Below, in pieces: positions 18,609 to 28,000 of a DNA stretch of 64,000 nucleotides. The notes under the pieces are model-generated. The model had not been told where the DNA came from. It was given only the letters and a program-made list of their open reading frames with translations, and made no database searches. A program made the translations under genes and the position numbers. The DNA comes from a virus: IMG/VR virus record IMGVR_UViG_3300009182_000042, positions 20,053 to 84,052 of that record. The stretch is one strand, 5' to 3'. Positions within the stretch are counted from its first letter, which is position 1; each line of letters opens with the position of its first letter.

Positions 18609-19775
18609 ATGAAACTGGCCATAATAGGCGATGGCAAAGCCAGTGCCATAGCAATACTAACAGTTCTAGATCTAGTAAAAAATAAAAATTACACAGATCT
18701 AGAACTTTTTATTTTGCACGATACTATACGTGCCAACGACCAGTTGGCAACCGCTGCCAATCCTGTGTTAAATCGATTGCTCAAAAATGTGATTAACTTT
18801 AATGATCACGCGGACATTAAAAAAATACAAGGCAGCATGAGACTAGGAATCAGCCACACGTGGCACGATGACTCGTTGGCCAAATGCTGGATACAATCTC
18901 CAAGTCCGGGTCTACATTTTAATGGTAATATTTTCTTTGATTTTGTAGTAGAGTCAGTATGTAATCTTTATGCGAATGTCACTTATCAAACTGGGAAAAT
19001 GCGAAAATTAAATCAGTCTGATCAGTATGCCACGGTGTCACTGGACGAAACTGAATTGCTATTTGATTATGTAATAGACACAACCGGATTAGATCAGACC
19101 AATTATACAGTACCGGACTTTGCTCCAGTAGACAAAATAATAACAGCCGAAACTAAAAATTCCTATAATGAATCGCATACATCGATTACATTCCATGACA
19201 ATGGCTACAGTTTAGGAATACCACTAGTAGGCAAGAAAGTTGTATATTATTTTTATAACAGTAAAATTATCAATGTAGATCAAGCAGTGGACAATTTTAA
19301 TCAAATTGCCAGTTTAAATACCGATCCTCAATTGAAAGATTTCAATCCCAGATATAAAAAATACAGTATAAATGATAGAATCATATATGCAGGACCCGGT
19401 TTGTTCTATATGGAGCCAATACAGGCATTGCCCTTTCACTTTTATCAAGATACAATAAAAATAATATTGTCTAATCTCATGTTAGAAAATTATAACAAAT
19501 CGTTAGACATAGAAGCTAATCAAGGTTATATTACCAACATGGAATTAAAACAAGACTTGATTGCACTTACCTATCATAATAAAAATAATTATTCATCAGA
19601 ATTTTGGAAACAAGCTAGAGATAACAGTAAAAAATACTTGTCGCAGTCAGAGCATTTTAAAAAATTTGTAGATAATTATAAAAATACAGGTAATTTAGAA
19701 TATGATTTGCATGACAACAAAGTGGCCGTGAAATATATCACAGGCTTGGGCATAGATCTAGATAAGATCTACTAA
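18609..19775 (+). CDS. Flavin-dependent tryptophan-halogenase-like protein (divergent)
   Basis: N-terminal Rossmann-like KLAIIGDGKAS, FDYVIDTTG, NGYSLGIPL at the position of the halogenase WxWxIP motif, FYMEPIQA, and Y.SEFWK. Confidence 0.6.
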   Translation: MKLAIIGDGKASAIAILTVLDLVKNKNYTDLELFILHDTIRANDQLATAANPVLNRLLKNVINFNDHADIKKIQGSMRLGISHTWHDDSLAKCWIQSPSPGLHFNGNIFFDFVVESVCNLYANVTYQTGKMRKLNQSDQYATVSLDETELLFDYVIDTTGLDQTNYTVPDFAPVDKIITAETKNSYNESHTSITFHDNGYSLGIPLVGKKVVYYFYNSKIINVDQAVDNFNQIASLNTDPQLKDFNPRYKKYSINDRIIYAGPGLFYMEPIQALPFHFYQDTIKIILSNLMLENYNKSLDIEANQGYITNMELKQDLIALTYHNKNNYSSEFWKQARDNSKKYLSQSEHFKKFVDNYKNTGNLEYDLHDNKVAVKYITGLGIDLDKIY

Positions 19776-20207
19776 ATCAAATACAGTTTGCAATTTGGTA
19801 CGTATAGTTTTACTGCTAAAACTGTTTCGTAACCCTTGATGTAGGGGTTTAGGTGCGCGGTCGATCACGGTCCACGCCCATCCCAGGTGTTCATCGCTCA
19901 ATATGGGAACAAATTCCGTTTCAACCACGCACAGATATGTGTGAAAATTAAACACACGGTCGTTGGATACAAATGTTTCTAACGGAATAGTTTTAAGTAG
20001 TGATGGTATACTGCCAATTTCTTCTGTAATTTCACGTTGAAGTCCTTGCCATGGAGTTTCGCCATGCACATTGGTACCACCCACTAAACCCCACGTGCCT
20101 TCATGTTTGCCTGATTTCTTTTGCAATAGCAAAAATCTCTTGGTGGCCTTGGCATAGAACAGCGCACCACTACAAACTATTTGGTCTTTTATAATACGAT
20201 TTTCCAT
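19758..20207 (-). CDS. Nudix hydrolase
   Basis: Complete Nudix box G-TNVHG-E-TPWQGLQ-REITEEIG. Confidence 0.9.
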   Translation of the reverse strand: MENRIIKDQIVCSGALFYAKATKRFLLLQKKSGKHEGTWGLVGGTNVHGETPWQGLQREITEEIGSIPSLLKTIPLETFVSNDRVFNFHTYLCVVETEFVPILSDEHLGWAWTVIDRAPKPLHQGLRNSFSSKTIRTKLQTVFDLVDLI

Positions 20208-21655
20208 TGGTCAGATCTATATTCACCTTCAAAGCTCTTGACCCATGAAACACCGTTCCATAAGTATTGAACTCCAGTGTATATATTCGTTTGCCAGACC
20301 ATGGTGTTGGTTTCTTGAGCACTGTGAAATATCACTTGCCATGCGCTTCCGGTATATTCTATAATATCGTTGGCTTTTGCCACTAAACTGCCCCATGTGA
20401 TTGCAGGATCAGTGTTATCTGTACTGCCTATATCTTCTATTACGAGATAACGAGTGCCAGCGGCCACTGTACCAAGGTTATATGTTAGTGGGTTAATGAT
20501 GGCATCAAATGTACCAGGGCTGGCAGGCCTATTGGATGATGCGGCATTGTAATGTGACACGTCGTAACTCAGATAACCACTGCTGTCAATGCCAGTGTTT
20601 GATGTGAGACTATCGGGATTATAATTAACAGTGAGTTTGGTTGAATCCAACGAATTGATAGCAACAGTGCCTATAACGTAGGTGCCATTGGGTTGTTGCA
20701 AATACAATGTACTACTGCCGGCAGCATATTGTCCTGGATATTGACTAAACAACACGTTCCAGTCTATGGCATTTCCGGTAGGTGTGGGTATGCCTAAAGT
20801 GGGCTCCATGGGGTTGAAGCCATCTGTTTGATTTAGCAAAACAGCTTGACCATTGTATACCTGTATGGTATAACCTGTAATAGTTGTGGTCTCTGTGGCC
20901 AACAGCGGATTAAAAGCAGTGGTGCCACCGTCGCTTTGTACAGCAGGATCAATACCCAACCCATTTTCATATCCAGTTGGATATGTGTTGGATCCGTTGT
21001 ACACACTGGCAATGATTTTTGTAATAACTCCAAGATGTTTGACTTTGACTGGGGGACTGATCCATATGGGGCTATCAAGTGTTAGGCTAGCAACTTCAAT
21101 AGGAGTGTCGTTGCCCACTGGAACTTGTCTACTGCTCCAATTTATCGCCCCCAAATTCAATACACTTATACTGGTCCAATCAATGTAGTTGTCTGTGGTT
21201 TGCAATTCCAAACTGGGATTGAACAACACTAAAATTTGCTCTAGGATCTGTAATTTTTGTTCTGTGCTACTGCTCCAGATGTCGCATTTCATGGTCAATT
21301 TGTATGGCGTTGGCATCAGTCGTTCCACAGTATAGTTACGACCTTGCCCTGTGGTATATTGCCCACTGTTATTAACGTCACGCTCTCTAAAATTCAATTT
21401 GCTAACAAATGATTGATCTGCCAAACGATCTCTATCAAGATCCAAACCGCTGATATAGATGCTTATTCTTGGCACACTATTGACCACGTTTTCGCTGTTT
21501 TGTCTAATGATGCTGGCAACTGCTCGATCCGGATCACCGTACATGACAGGCACTTGATGCAAACTGCCGTCGCCGTATTTCACAACAAAATTACTAAACG
21601 CACGAATAGTTTGTGTAAGATAACGTCTTACCTGACCATCATAAAAAAACTGCAT
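20189..21655 (-). CDS. Tail sheath stabiliser / tail completion protein (T4 gp15-like) with C-terminal extension
   Basis: FFYDGQVRRY...FSNF...VPVMYG...PRIS...PTPYKL...QILEQILVLFNP resembles the gp15 family; adjacent to neck genes. Confidence 0.7.
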   Translation of the reverse strand: MQFFYDGQVRRYLTQTIRAFSNFVVKYGDGSLHQVPVMYGDPDRAVASIIRQNSENVVNSVPRISIYISGLDLDRDRLADQSFVSKLNFRERDVNNSGQYTTGQGRNYTVERLMPTPYKLTMKCDIWSSSTEQKLQILEQILVLFNPSLELQTTDNYIDWTSISVLNLGAINWSSRQVPVGNDTPIEVASLTLDSPIWISPPVKVKHLGVITKIIASVYNGSNTYPTGYENGLGIDPAVQSDGGTTAFNPLLATETTTITGYTIQVYNGQAVLLNQTDGFNPMEPTLGIPTPTGNAIDWNVLFSQYPGQYAAGSSTLYLQQPNGTYVIGTVAINSLDSTKLTVNYNPDSLTSNTGIDSSGYLSYDVSHYNAASSNRPASPGTFDAIINPLTYNLGTVAAGTRYLVIEDIGSTDNTDPAITWGSLVAKANDIIEYTGSAWQVIFHSAQETNTMVWQTNIYTGVQYLWNGVSWVKSFEGEYRSDQWKIVL

Positions 21656-23106
21656 TATAGATCCGCCCTGGGTTTGAGTGCTTTGCTAAGACTGTTTCGT
21701 TGAGCATCTCGTGTGTTATATAGTGAAACAGTGTATTGACCGCTGTATAGAATGGTTTGCTGTTGAGCACTTATGATAGGTAATGTGATTCTCAAACAAG
21801 CAGTCACAGTTCCAGTAATACTGGTGTAATTGTATGTGGAATACAAGGCTGGATAATCAGCCAAAGCATATTCTAGGGTAGTTACACCTATCTTGATCAC
21901 AACATACGGAGCAGTACTGCCTAAGGAATACAATATTCTTGTGGAAATAGTTGCCGCACCCGCTGTTAACGATATCACATCGCTGGCCAGCTGATTGTTG
22001 TATGTGTAATTGTTGTTGTTGATAAAACTGGTCTTGAGTGTGTTTCGTGTATCAGTATTGGTCATGTCCATGCGCACACTGTCCTCAACTTTGACCCATG
22101 TTTGTCCCGTGCCGTCAAAACGGAATAATCTGTTGGGTAAAAAATCCGTTCTCAAAAAGAAATCATTCGCCGCAGGCGCATTTGGAAATTGTACTCCAAA
22201 TCCAAATGCATAGCCATTTTGCGGATATCCATCGCCCACCAAGTAACCGGTATATCCAGTACGTACAGGCACATCGCTCACGCTACTTGCTAGATAGCTG
22301 GTGTTGCTACCATCCAGTGTTGTTTCATCCACTGATGTCAATAGCGGTTTACCGTTGGCTGGGTCAACTGCCAGCGTGTAGAACTGTCTAGTTTCGTAAC
22401 CGCTCTTTGGAGCGTCTGCTTGTGCCTGGGCCACCACTTGATTGTTGATTTGTATTTCTTTGTTGTAAGTGCTTAACAAATCACGCAATGTGGTGTTGGC
22501 TACTGGATCGCCGTTGGCATCTTTTGCCTGTTCATTGAATATGCTGGCAAATTTCTGGTTGTCTGTGATACGCTTGATTCGTAATCTAAATAGATGCGGG
22601 AACCATGTGACACTAAAACCCTCGCTGGCACGACCCACATCTTCTATCACATAGTATCTTGGTAAACTGAAATCAAAATCATTAAGCGCAAAATCATCTC
22701 GCAGATGCGGTAGTTCTATTACATCTCCGCTGATAGGTTTACGACCAACATATTTTACAAAATCATTTATATGCACAGTCATGTATAGAGTATCGTTGTC
22801 TATAAACAGGCCAAACTGACTTAGATTAAAGTCGATATTTTGTACATTATAAATGCCACGGATTCTATAGATTTGTGTGTCGTATGTGCTGTCACGATTT
22901 TCTAAAAAAAGCAAGTCTTGAATATTACCCACACTGGTATTAGCATATACTGGACGATCTGCTATGTTAGCTTCTGTATTATTTGCACCTAAATATTTGT
23001 GAATATATACGTCTGTTCCGCCAGCCTGAAACATCTCGCTGGCTTGACGATCTATAAACTTATAGTCGTTACTTTTCTCTGGTCTATATAGGGATAATCT
23101 TGGCAT
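21655..23106 (-). CDS. Neck / head-closure protein (T4 gp14-like)
   Basis: GTDVYIHKY, DLLFLE, LSQFGL, P.SGDVIELP; sits between gp13-like and gp15-like genes. Confidence 0.6.
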   Translation of the reverse strand: MPRLSLYRPEKSNDYKFIDRQASEMFQAGGTDVYIHKYLGANNTEANIADRPVYANTSVGNIQDLLFLENRDSTYDTQIYRIRGIYNVQNIDFNLSQFGLFIDNDTLYMTVHINDFVKYVGRKPISGDVIELPHLRDDFALNDFDFSLPRYYVIEDVGRASEGFSVTWFPHLFRLRIKRITDNQKFASIFNEQAKDANGDPVANTTLRDLLSTYNKEIQINNQVVAQAQADAPKSGYETRQFYTLAVDPANGKPLLTSVDETTLDGSNTSYLASSVSDVPVRTGYTGYLVGDGYPQNGYAFGFGVQFPNAPAANDFFLRTDFLPNRLFRFDGTGQTWVKVEDSVRMDMTNTDTRNTLKTSFINNNNYTYNNQLASDVISLTAGAATISTRILYSLGSTAPYVVIKIGVTTLEYALADYPALYSTYNYTSITGTVTACLRITLPIISAQQQTILYSGQYTVSLYNTRDAQRNSLSKALKPRADL

Positions 23107-23110
23107 ATGA

Positions 23111-23130
23111 TATTTATCGCCAGCTAAATA
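23111..23130. promoter_or_regulatory. Back-to-back divergent late promoters
   Basis: TATTTATC at 23111-23118 (GATAAATA on minus) and CTAAATA at 23124-23130 on plus, inside the 42-bp gap between the divergent neck genes. Confidence 0.6.
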
Positions 23131-23148
23131 TACTAGGAGAACAAAAAC

Positions 23149-23934
23149 ATGGATGATTTAGCACCGTCAGTAGCGTCAAATTCGACAGCAGAACGCAACA
23201 AAGTATTTGATTATATCAGAACTATGTTGGGCGATGGCATGATTGAAGTTGAGCTAGATCCTATACATTACGAAACAGCACTAGATCGTGCGTTAAATCG
23301 CTTTAGACAACGCAGTCCAAATGCTGTGGAAGAAAGCTATTTGTTCTTGGAATTAATACAGGATCAAAATGAATACAGATTACCCGATGAAGTTATTACA
23401 GTGCGTCAAGTATTCCGTCGCGCTATTGGGTCTCGTAGCGGTATTGGTGCTGGCGGCAGTTTGTTCGAACCCTTCAACTTGGCATATACAAATACATATT
23501 TGATGTCAGGTAGTATGATGGGCGGACTTGCAACTTATGATGCATTTGCAGGCTATCAAAAATTAGTAGGACGTATGTTTGGTAGTTACATAGAATTTCT
23601 ATGGAAGCCCACCAGCCATTTACTAGATATTTTACAACGACCATTTGCACAGGGCGAACAAATCTTAATACAGAGTTATAATTTTCGTCCTGACTGGGTG
23701 TTACTGCAAGATGTTTACGCTAAACAATGGCTCAAAGATTATGCACTTGCCACAGCTAAAGAAATGTTGGGAGAAGCTCGCAGTAAATTCGGCAGTATCG
23801 CCGGCCCTGGCAGTGCTATCACATTGAACGGCACTGCACTAAAGAGTGAATCCAAAGACGCATTGGAAAAACTAGATAAAGAATTAGAGAATCTCGTGTC
23901 CGGCGGCACCGGATATTACATGGTAATTGGCTAA
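23149..23934 (+). CDS. Neck protein / head-tail adaptor (T4 gp13-like)
   Basis: LGDGMIEVELD, WLKDYALATAKEMLGEARSKF...PG..ITLNG..L pattern of gp13 homologues. Confidence 0.8.
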   Translation: MDDLAPSVASNSTAERNKVFDYIRTMLGDGMIEVELDPIHYETALDRALNRFRQRSPNAVEESYLFLELIQDQNEYRLPDEVITVRQVFRRAIGSRSGIGAGGSLFEPFNLAYTNTYLMSGSMMGGLATYDAFAGYQKLVGRMFGSYIEFLWKPTSHLLDILQRPFAQGEQILIQSYNFRPDWVLLQDVYAKQWLKDYALATAKEMLGEARSKFGSIAGPGSAITLNGTALKSESKDALEKLDKELENLVSGGTGYYMVIG

Positions 23935-23941
23935 AAATAAT

Positions 23942-23970
23942 TTGACCTTGTAACAAAACTGTTATATACT
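23942..23970 (+). promoter_or_regulatory. Sigma70-type promoter TTGACC-N17-TATACT
   Basis: Near-consensus -35/-10 with 17-bp spacer upstream of the dNMP kinase (SD AGAGGT). Confidence 0.7.
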
Positions 23971-23993
23971 AGCACTACATTAAGAGGTGCTAT

Positions 23994-24680
23994 ATGATCA
24001 TAGGTGTGTGCGGTTTTATTGGTTCTGGCAAAGACACTGTTGCCGATTATCTCACTAACTTTCACGGATTTAGACGAGAATCGTTTGCCAACAGTCTTAA
24101 AGATGCAGTGAGTGCGGTATTTGGTTGGGATCGTACCATGCTGGAAGGTCGTACAAAACAGGCTCGTGAATGGCGTGAACAGGTAGATCCTTGGTGGGCG
24201 GAACGACTGGGCATGCCACATTTAACCCCCCGCTGGATCTTGCAATACTGGGGCACAGAAGTTTGCCGTCAGGGATTCCACGATGACATGTGGATTGCGG
24301 CACTGGAAAACAAACTGCGTACAAGTACAGATAATATTGTTATTTCTGATTGTCGTTTCCCAAATGAAATTAAATCAATCAAAAGTGCAGGCGGCCAGAT
24401 TGTGTGTGTGGAACGTGGCATGCGGCCGCACTGGTATGATATTGCTTTGCAGGCAAATCGAGGCAGCGCCAATGCCCGGGATTGGTTAAAAACTGAAATG
24501 ATCCATGCAAGTGAAACCAGTTGGGTTGGTACTAATTTTGATGCGGTTCTGGATAATAACGGCACTATCGAAGACTTGTTTTCGCAAGTCAAAGATCTGG
24601 TACAAGATCCCCTTGTCGCCATTGGTGCCCTTCTCGATGAAGAACCCGTTGACAGTTGGCGCACACTGTCTTTAAGTTAG
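23994..24680 (+). CDS. Deoxynucleoside monophosphate kinase (T4 gp1-like)
   Basis: IIGVCGFIGSGKDT P-loop, SFANSLK, TPRWILQYWGTEVCR, ISDCRFPNE, HASE. Confidence 0.9.
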   Translation: MIIGVCGFIGSGKDTVADYLTNFHGFRRESFANSLKDAVSAVFGWDRTMLEGRTKQAREWREQVDPWWAERLGMPHLTPRWILQYWGTEVCRQGFHDDMWIAALENKLRTSTDNIVISDCRFPNEIKSIKSAGGQIVCVERGMRPHWYDIALQANRGSANARDWLKTEMIHASETSWVGTNFDAVLDNNGTIEDLFSQVKDLVQDPLVAIGALLDEEPVDSWRTLSLS

Positions 24681-24915
24681 TGTGTTTGCAATTATTTAAA
24701 TCACCGTCCACATGAAATACTGCAAAGATATCTAGGTACGGTGATTTATATCCACATTTGTCGCAGGAATTTTTGATTCGATAGCCGGCTTTTAACCACC
24801 TGGGAACTTTGACTCCGCGTAAACAATGCCCACACTGAGTTCTATAGTAGGGTTTTTTGTTTTTATAATAGTTAATGGCTACTGGATGTAGTCCGCACAA
24901 GCACAAAGGTCGCAT
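24589..24915 (-). CDS. Small HNH-fold zinc-binding protein
   Basis: CxC/CxxC pairs and FHVDGDLNN...NLKTVCANC; preceded by the late-promoter motif CTTAAATA. Confidence 0.65.
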   Translation of the reverse strand: MRPLCLCGLHPVAINYYKNKKPYYRTQCGHCLRGVKVPRWLKAGYRIKNSCDKCGYKSPYLDIFAVFHVDGDLNNCKHTNLKTVCANCQRVLHREGHQWRQGDLVPDL

Positions 24916-24980
24916 ACGATTATTTAAGCCTTTTTGCCACCTTTTCTCGAGGCTATTACAGCTACAAATTAATCAAAAGC

Positions 24981-24988
24981 CATAAATA
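24981..24988 (+). promoter_or_regulatory. Late promoter (CATAAATA)
   Basis: Upstream of the sheath gene SD (GGAG) and ATG 25021. Confidence 0.6.
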
Positions 24989-25020
24989 CATGAACAACAT
25001 GTCATCATGGAGATCATACA

Positions 25021-28000
25021 ATGGCCATACTTCAGTCACCAGGCGTTAGCGTAACAGTAGTAGACGAAAGTTTCTACACACCAGCCGCGCCAGGCACCGT
25101 ACCTTTAATCGTAATTGCTACAGAATCAAATAAACAAAATGCTGCCGGCACAGGTATTGCACCGGGCACATTGGCAGCCAATGCAGGAACAGTTTATTTG
25201 CTAACAAGTCAAATGGATCTGGGAGCCACTTTTGGTATTCCTATGTTCCAGACTGATGCAGAAAATAACCCTGTACATGCAAGTGAAGTTAATGAATACG
25301 GATTACAAGCCGCTTACAGTTTTCTAGGAGTCAGTAATCAAGCATATGTAGTACGTGCTAATGTTGATCTAGGACAACTAACAGGCAGTGGCACAATTCC
25401 AGCAGGCAGTCCAGTAGACGGAACATATTGGTGGGATACTGCAACAACCAGCTTTGGCGTATTTCAGTACTCCGCTGGCGGCGATCCATCGAACACAGCA
25501 TTCTATGTAAAAACAGTCAACACAATTACCAATGTGGCTTACACAACAGGATCGGGCACTTATTCTCCGCTGGGCAGTTATGGCCAAGCAGGCGATTATG
25601 CTGTAGTGGCCCTGGGTTCCACATTGCCTACCAATACCTTGTGGTTTAAAAAATACAATACACTGAGCGATGGTACTGCTGGTAGCACTGCCGGCAACAA
25701 CGTTTCATGGGTAGCAGTAGGTTCAACAGCATGGACATCTGGCTGGCCAACAGCAATTGGTACAGTGGCAGGTGTAAGTTTTATCACAAGCGATACCTTG
25801 GTTATTAACGGGTACACAGTAACAGGCGCAACCACTTACGGTGGCCTAGTAACTGCAATTGGCTCAAACGTAACTGGCGTCACAGCCAGTATACAAAACG
25901 GTTTGTTGAATTTGTATTCAACTGGTGTTGATATCGTTATCAGTGGTACGCTAACCAGTGGTGCAAAAACAATCATAGCTCCTGGCACATACAAAGCTCC
26001 GGCGCTATCAATCAGCCCACACTACACTGTCCCACAATACAGTACCTATTTGAATTCCAGCACAGTGGCAGGTTATCCAACAGGCAGTTTGTGGATCAAG
26101 ACAACCACTGTAAATCAAGGTGCCAACTGGGACATTGAAAAATACAATGCTACCACAAGTACATGGATTCGTCAAACAGTTAGTCAGTTGTATGCAAACA
26201 ATCAATCAGCAATGGCTGCGTTGGACGTAAGCGGCGGCGGAATCAACATTCCGGTAGGACAAGTTTATATCAAGTTTAATGATACAGAAGCAAGTCCCAC
26301 ACAGGCTAATTTTAAGATCTATCAACGTCAAGTAACTGGGGCCACAGTAACTACATCAGCCATCATTACTTCAGGAACATTGACCAGTGGCTCAAATACA
26401 TTCCAGATCACCAGCAGTCAAACCGGTAGCAGTTCATTACCATCACTGGTAACTGTGACATTCACAGCGGCTGGTACCACAGCAGATGCTAACACATTGG
26501 CTTCAGCTATCAATGCTCAAACTGTGGGATTGGTCAATATCAAAGCATCAGTGACCAGCAGTAACCAAGTGACGTTGCAACACATCTACGGCGGCGATAT
26601 CAGATTGGTAGACGGTACTAATACTCCAATCACTAAACTATTCAACATAACAACAAGTGCAAACTTTGATCCAGATCCAACAAGCAATGGCAGCGATGGT
26701 AAATTCATTGTCACAGCATGGAATTGGGTGAATGGCAGCAATGTAAGTTTGGTCACTCCAAGTGCCACTGCACCAACTACCAATCCAACCAATGGTACAT
26801 TATGGTACAACACCAATATTGATGTTGATATCATGGTAAATGATGGCACACGTTGGAGAGGTTATTTGACCTCTGAAGGCAAGGCCGTGGTAAATCCCGG
26901 TGTTGGTTTTGCCAGCGGTACCACAAGTACAGATCCAAATGGTCCTATCATATCTGCTACAGAACCCACTGTTCGTAGCGATGGCCTGGGATTAAATCAC
27001 GGTGATATTTGGGTCAGCACAGCAGATTTAAGCAAGTTTCCAACAATTTACAAATACAATTTTTTAACTAAAAAATGGAGACTGATTGATGTAACGGATC
27101 AAACTGGCAGTTTGGGTATGTTGTTTGCAGATGCACGTTGGAGTGACAACAGTGCGAATTCAGGAGTCAGTACAGGCGCAGGCACACCAGGCACCATTGT
27201 CAGCTTGTCCGCCAGCAATTATGTAGACTTTGACGCACCAGATCCAACTGTGTATCCAAAAGGCATACTGTTGTATAACCTACGTCGTAGCGGTTTTAAT
27301 GTCAAGAAATATGTAACAGGATATGTAAATACCAATGCATACAATACCAGAGTAACAGGTAGTCCGTTGATGACTAACTACAATCCGGATCGTTGGGTCA
27401 CTAACTCTCCTAACAGTTACAAAGGTGTTGGACAGTTTGGTGCAAATGCTCAACGTGCAGTTGTTGTTCAAGCATTAAATGCATTGATTCAAAGTAACGA
27501 TCAAATTCGCGACGAAGACAGCAGAGTATTCAACTTGCTAAGTTGCCCAGGGTATTTAGAAACTACTCCAGCACTGGTTGGATTGAACACAGATCGTGGA
27601 CTGTTATCGTTTATCGTAGCAGATGCTCCAGCACATTTGACTCCAGATGCAACATCATTGAGTAACTGGGGCAACAACGTAAACAAAGCAACTGTGGATG
27701 GTCCAGACGGGCTTATTGAAAATCATGCATACTCAGCAGTTTACTATCCATGGGGCTACACAACTGACCTAATGGGCAACAACATTGTTGTTCCCCCAAG
27801 CCATATCATGTTACGCACAATCGCACTCAGCGACAATGTGAGTTACCCATGGTTTGCACCAGCTGGTGTACGTCGTGGCGGAGTTACAAATGCCAGTAGT
27901 GTTGGCTATGTCAACGCCGCAACAGGTGAATTTGAAACTGTGGCATTGAATGCCGGACAGCGCGACACATTGTCAGCGGTACATGTGAACCCAATCACAT

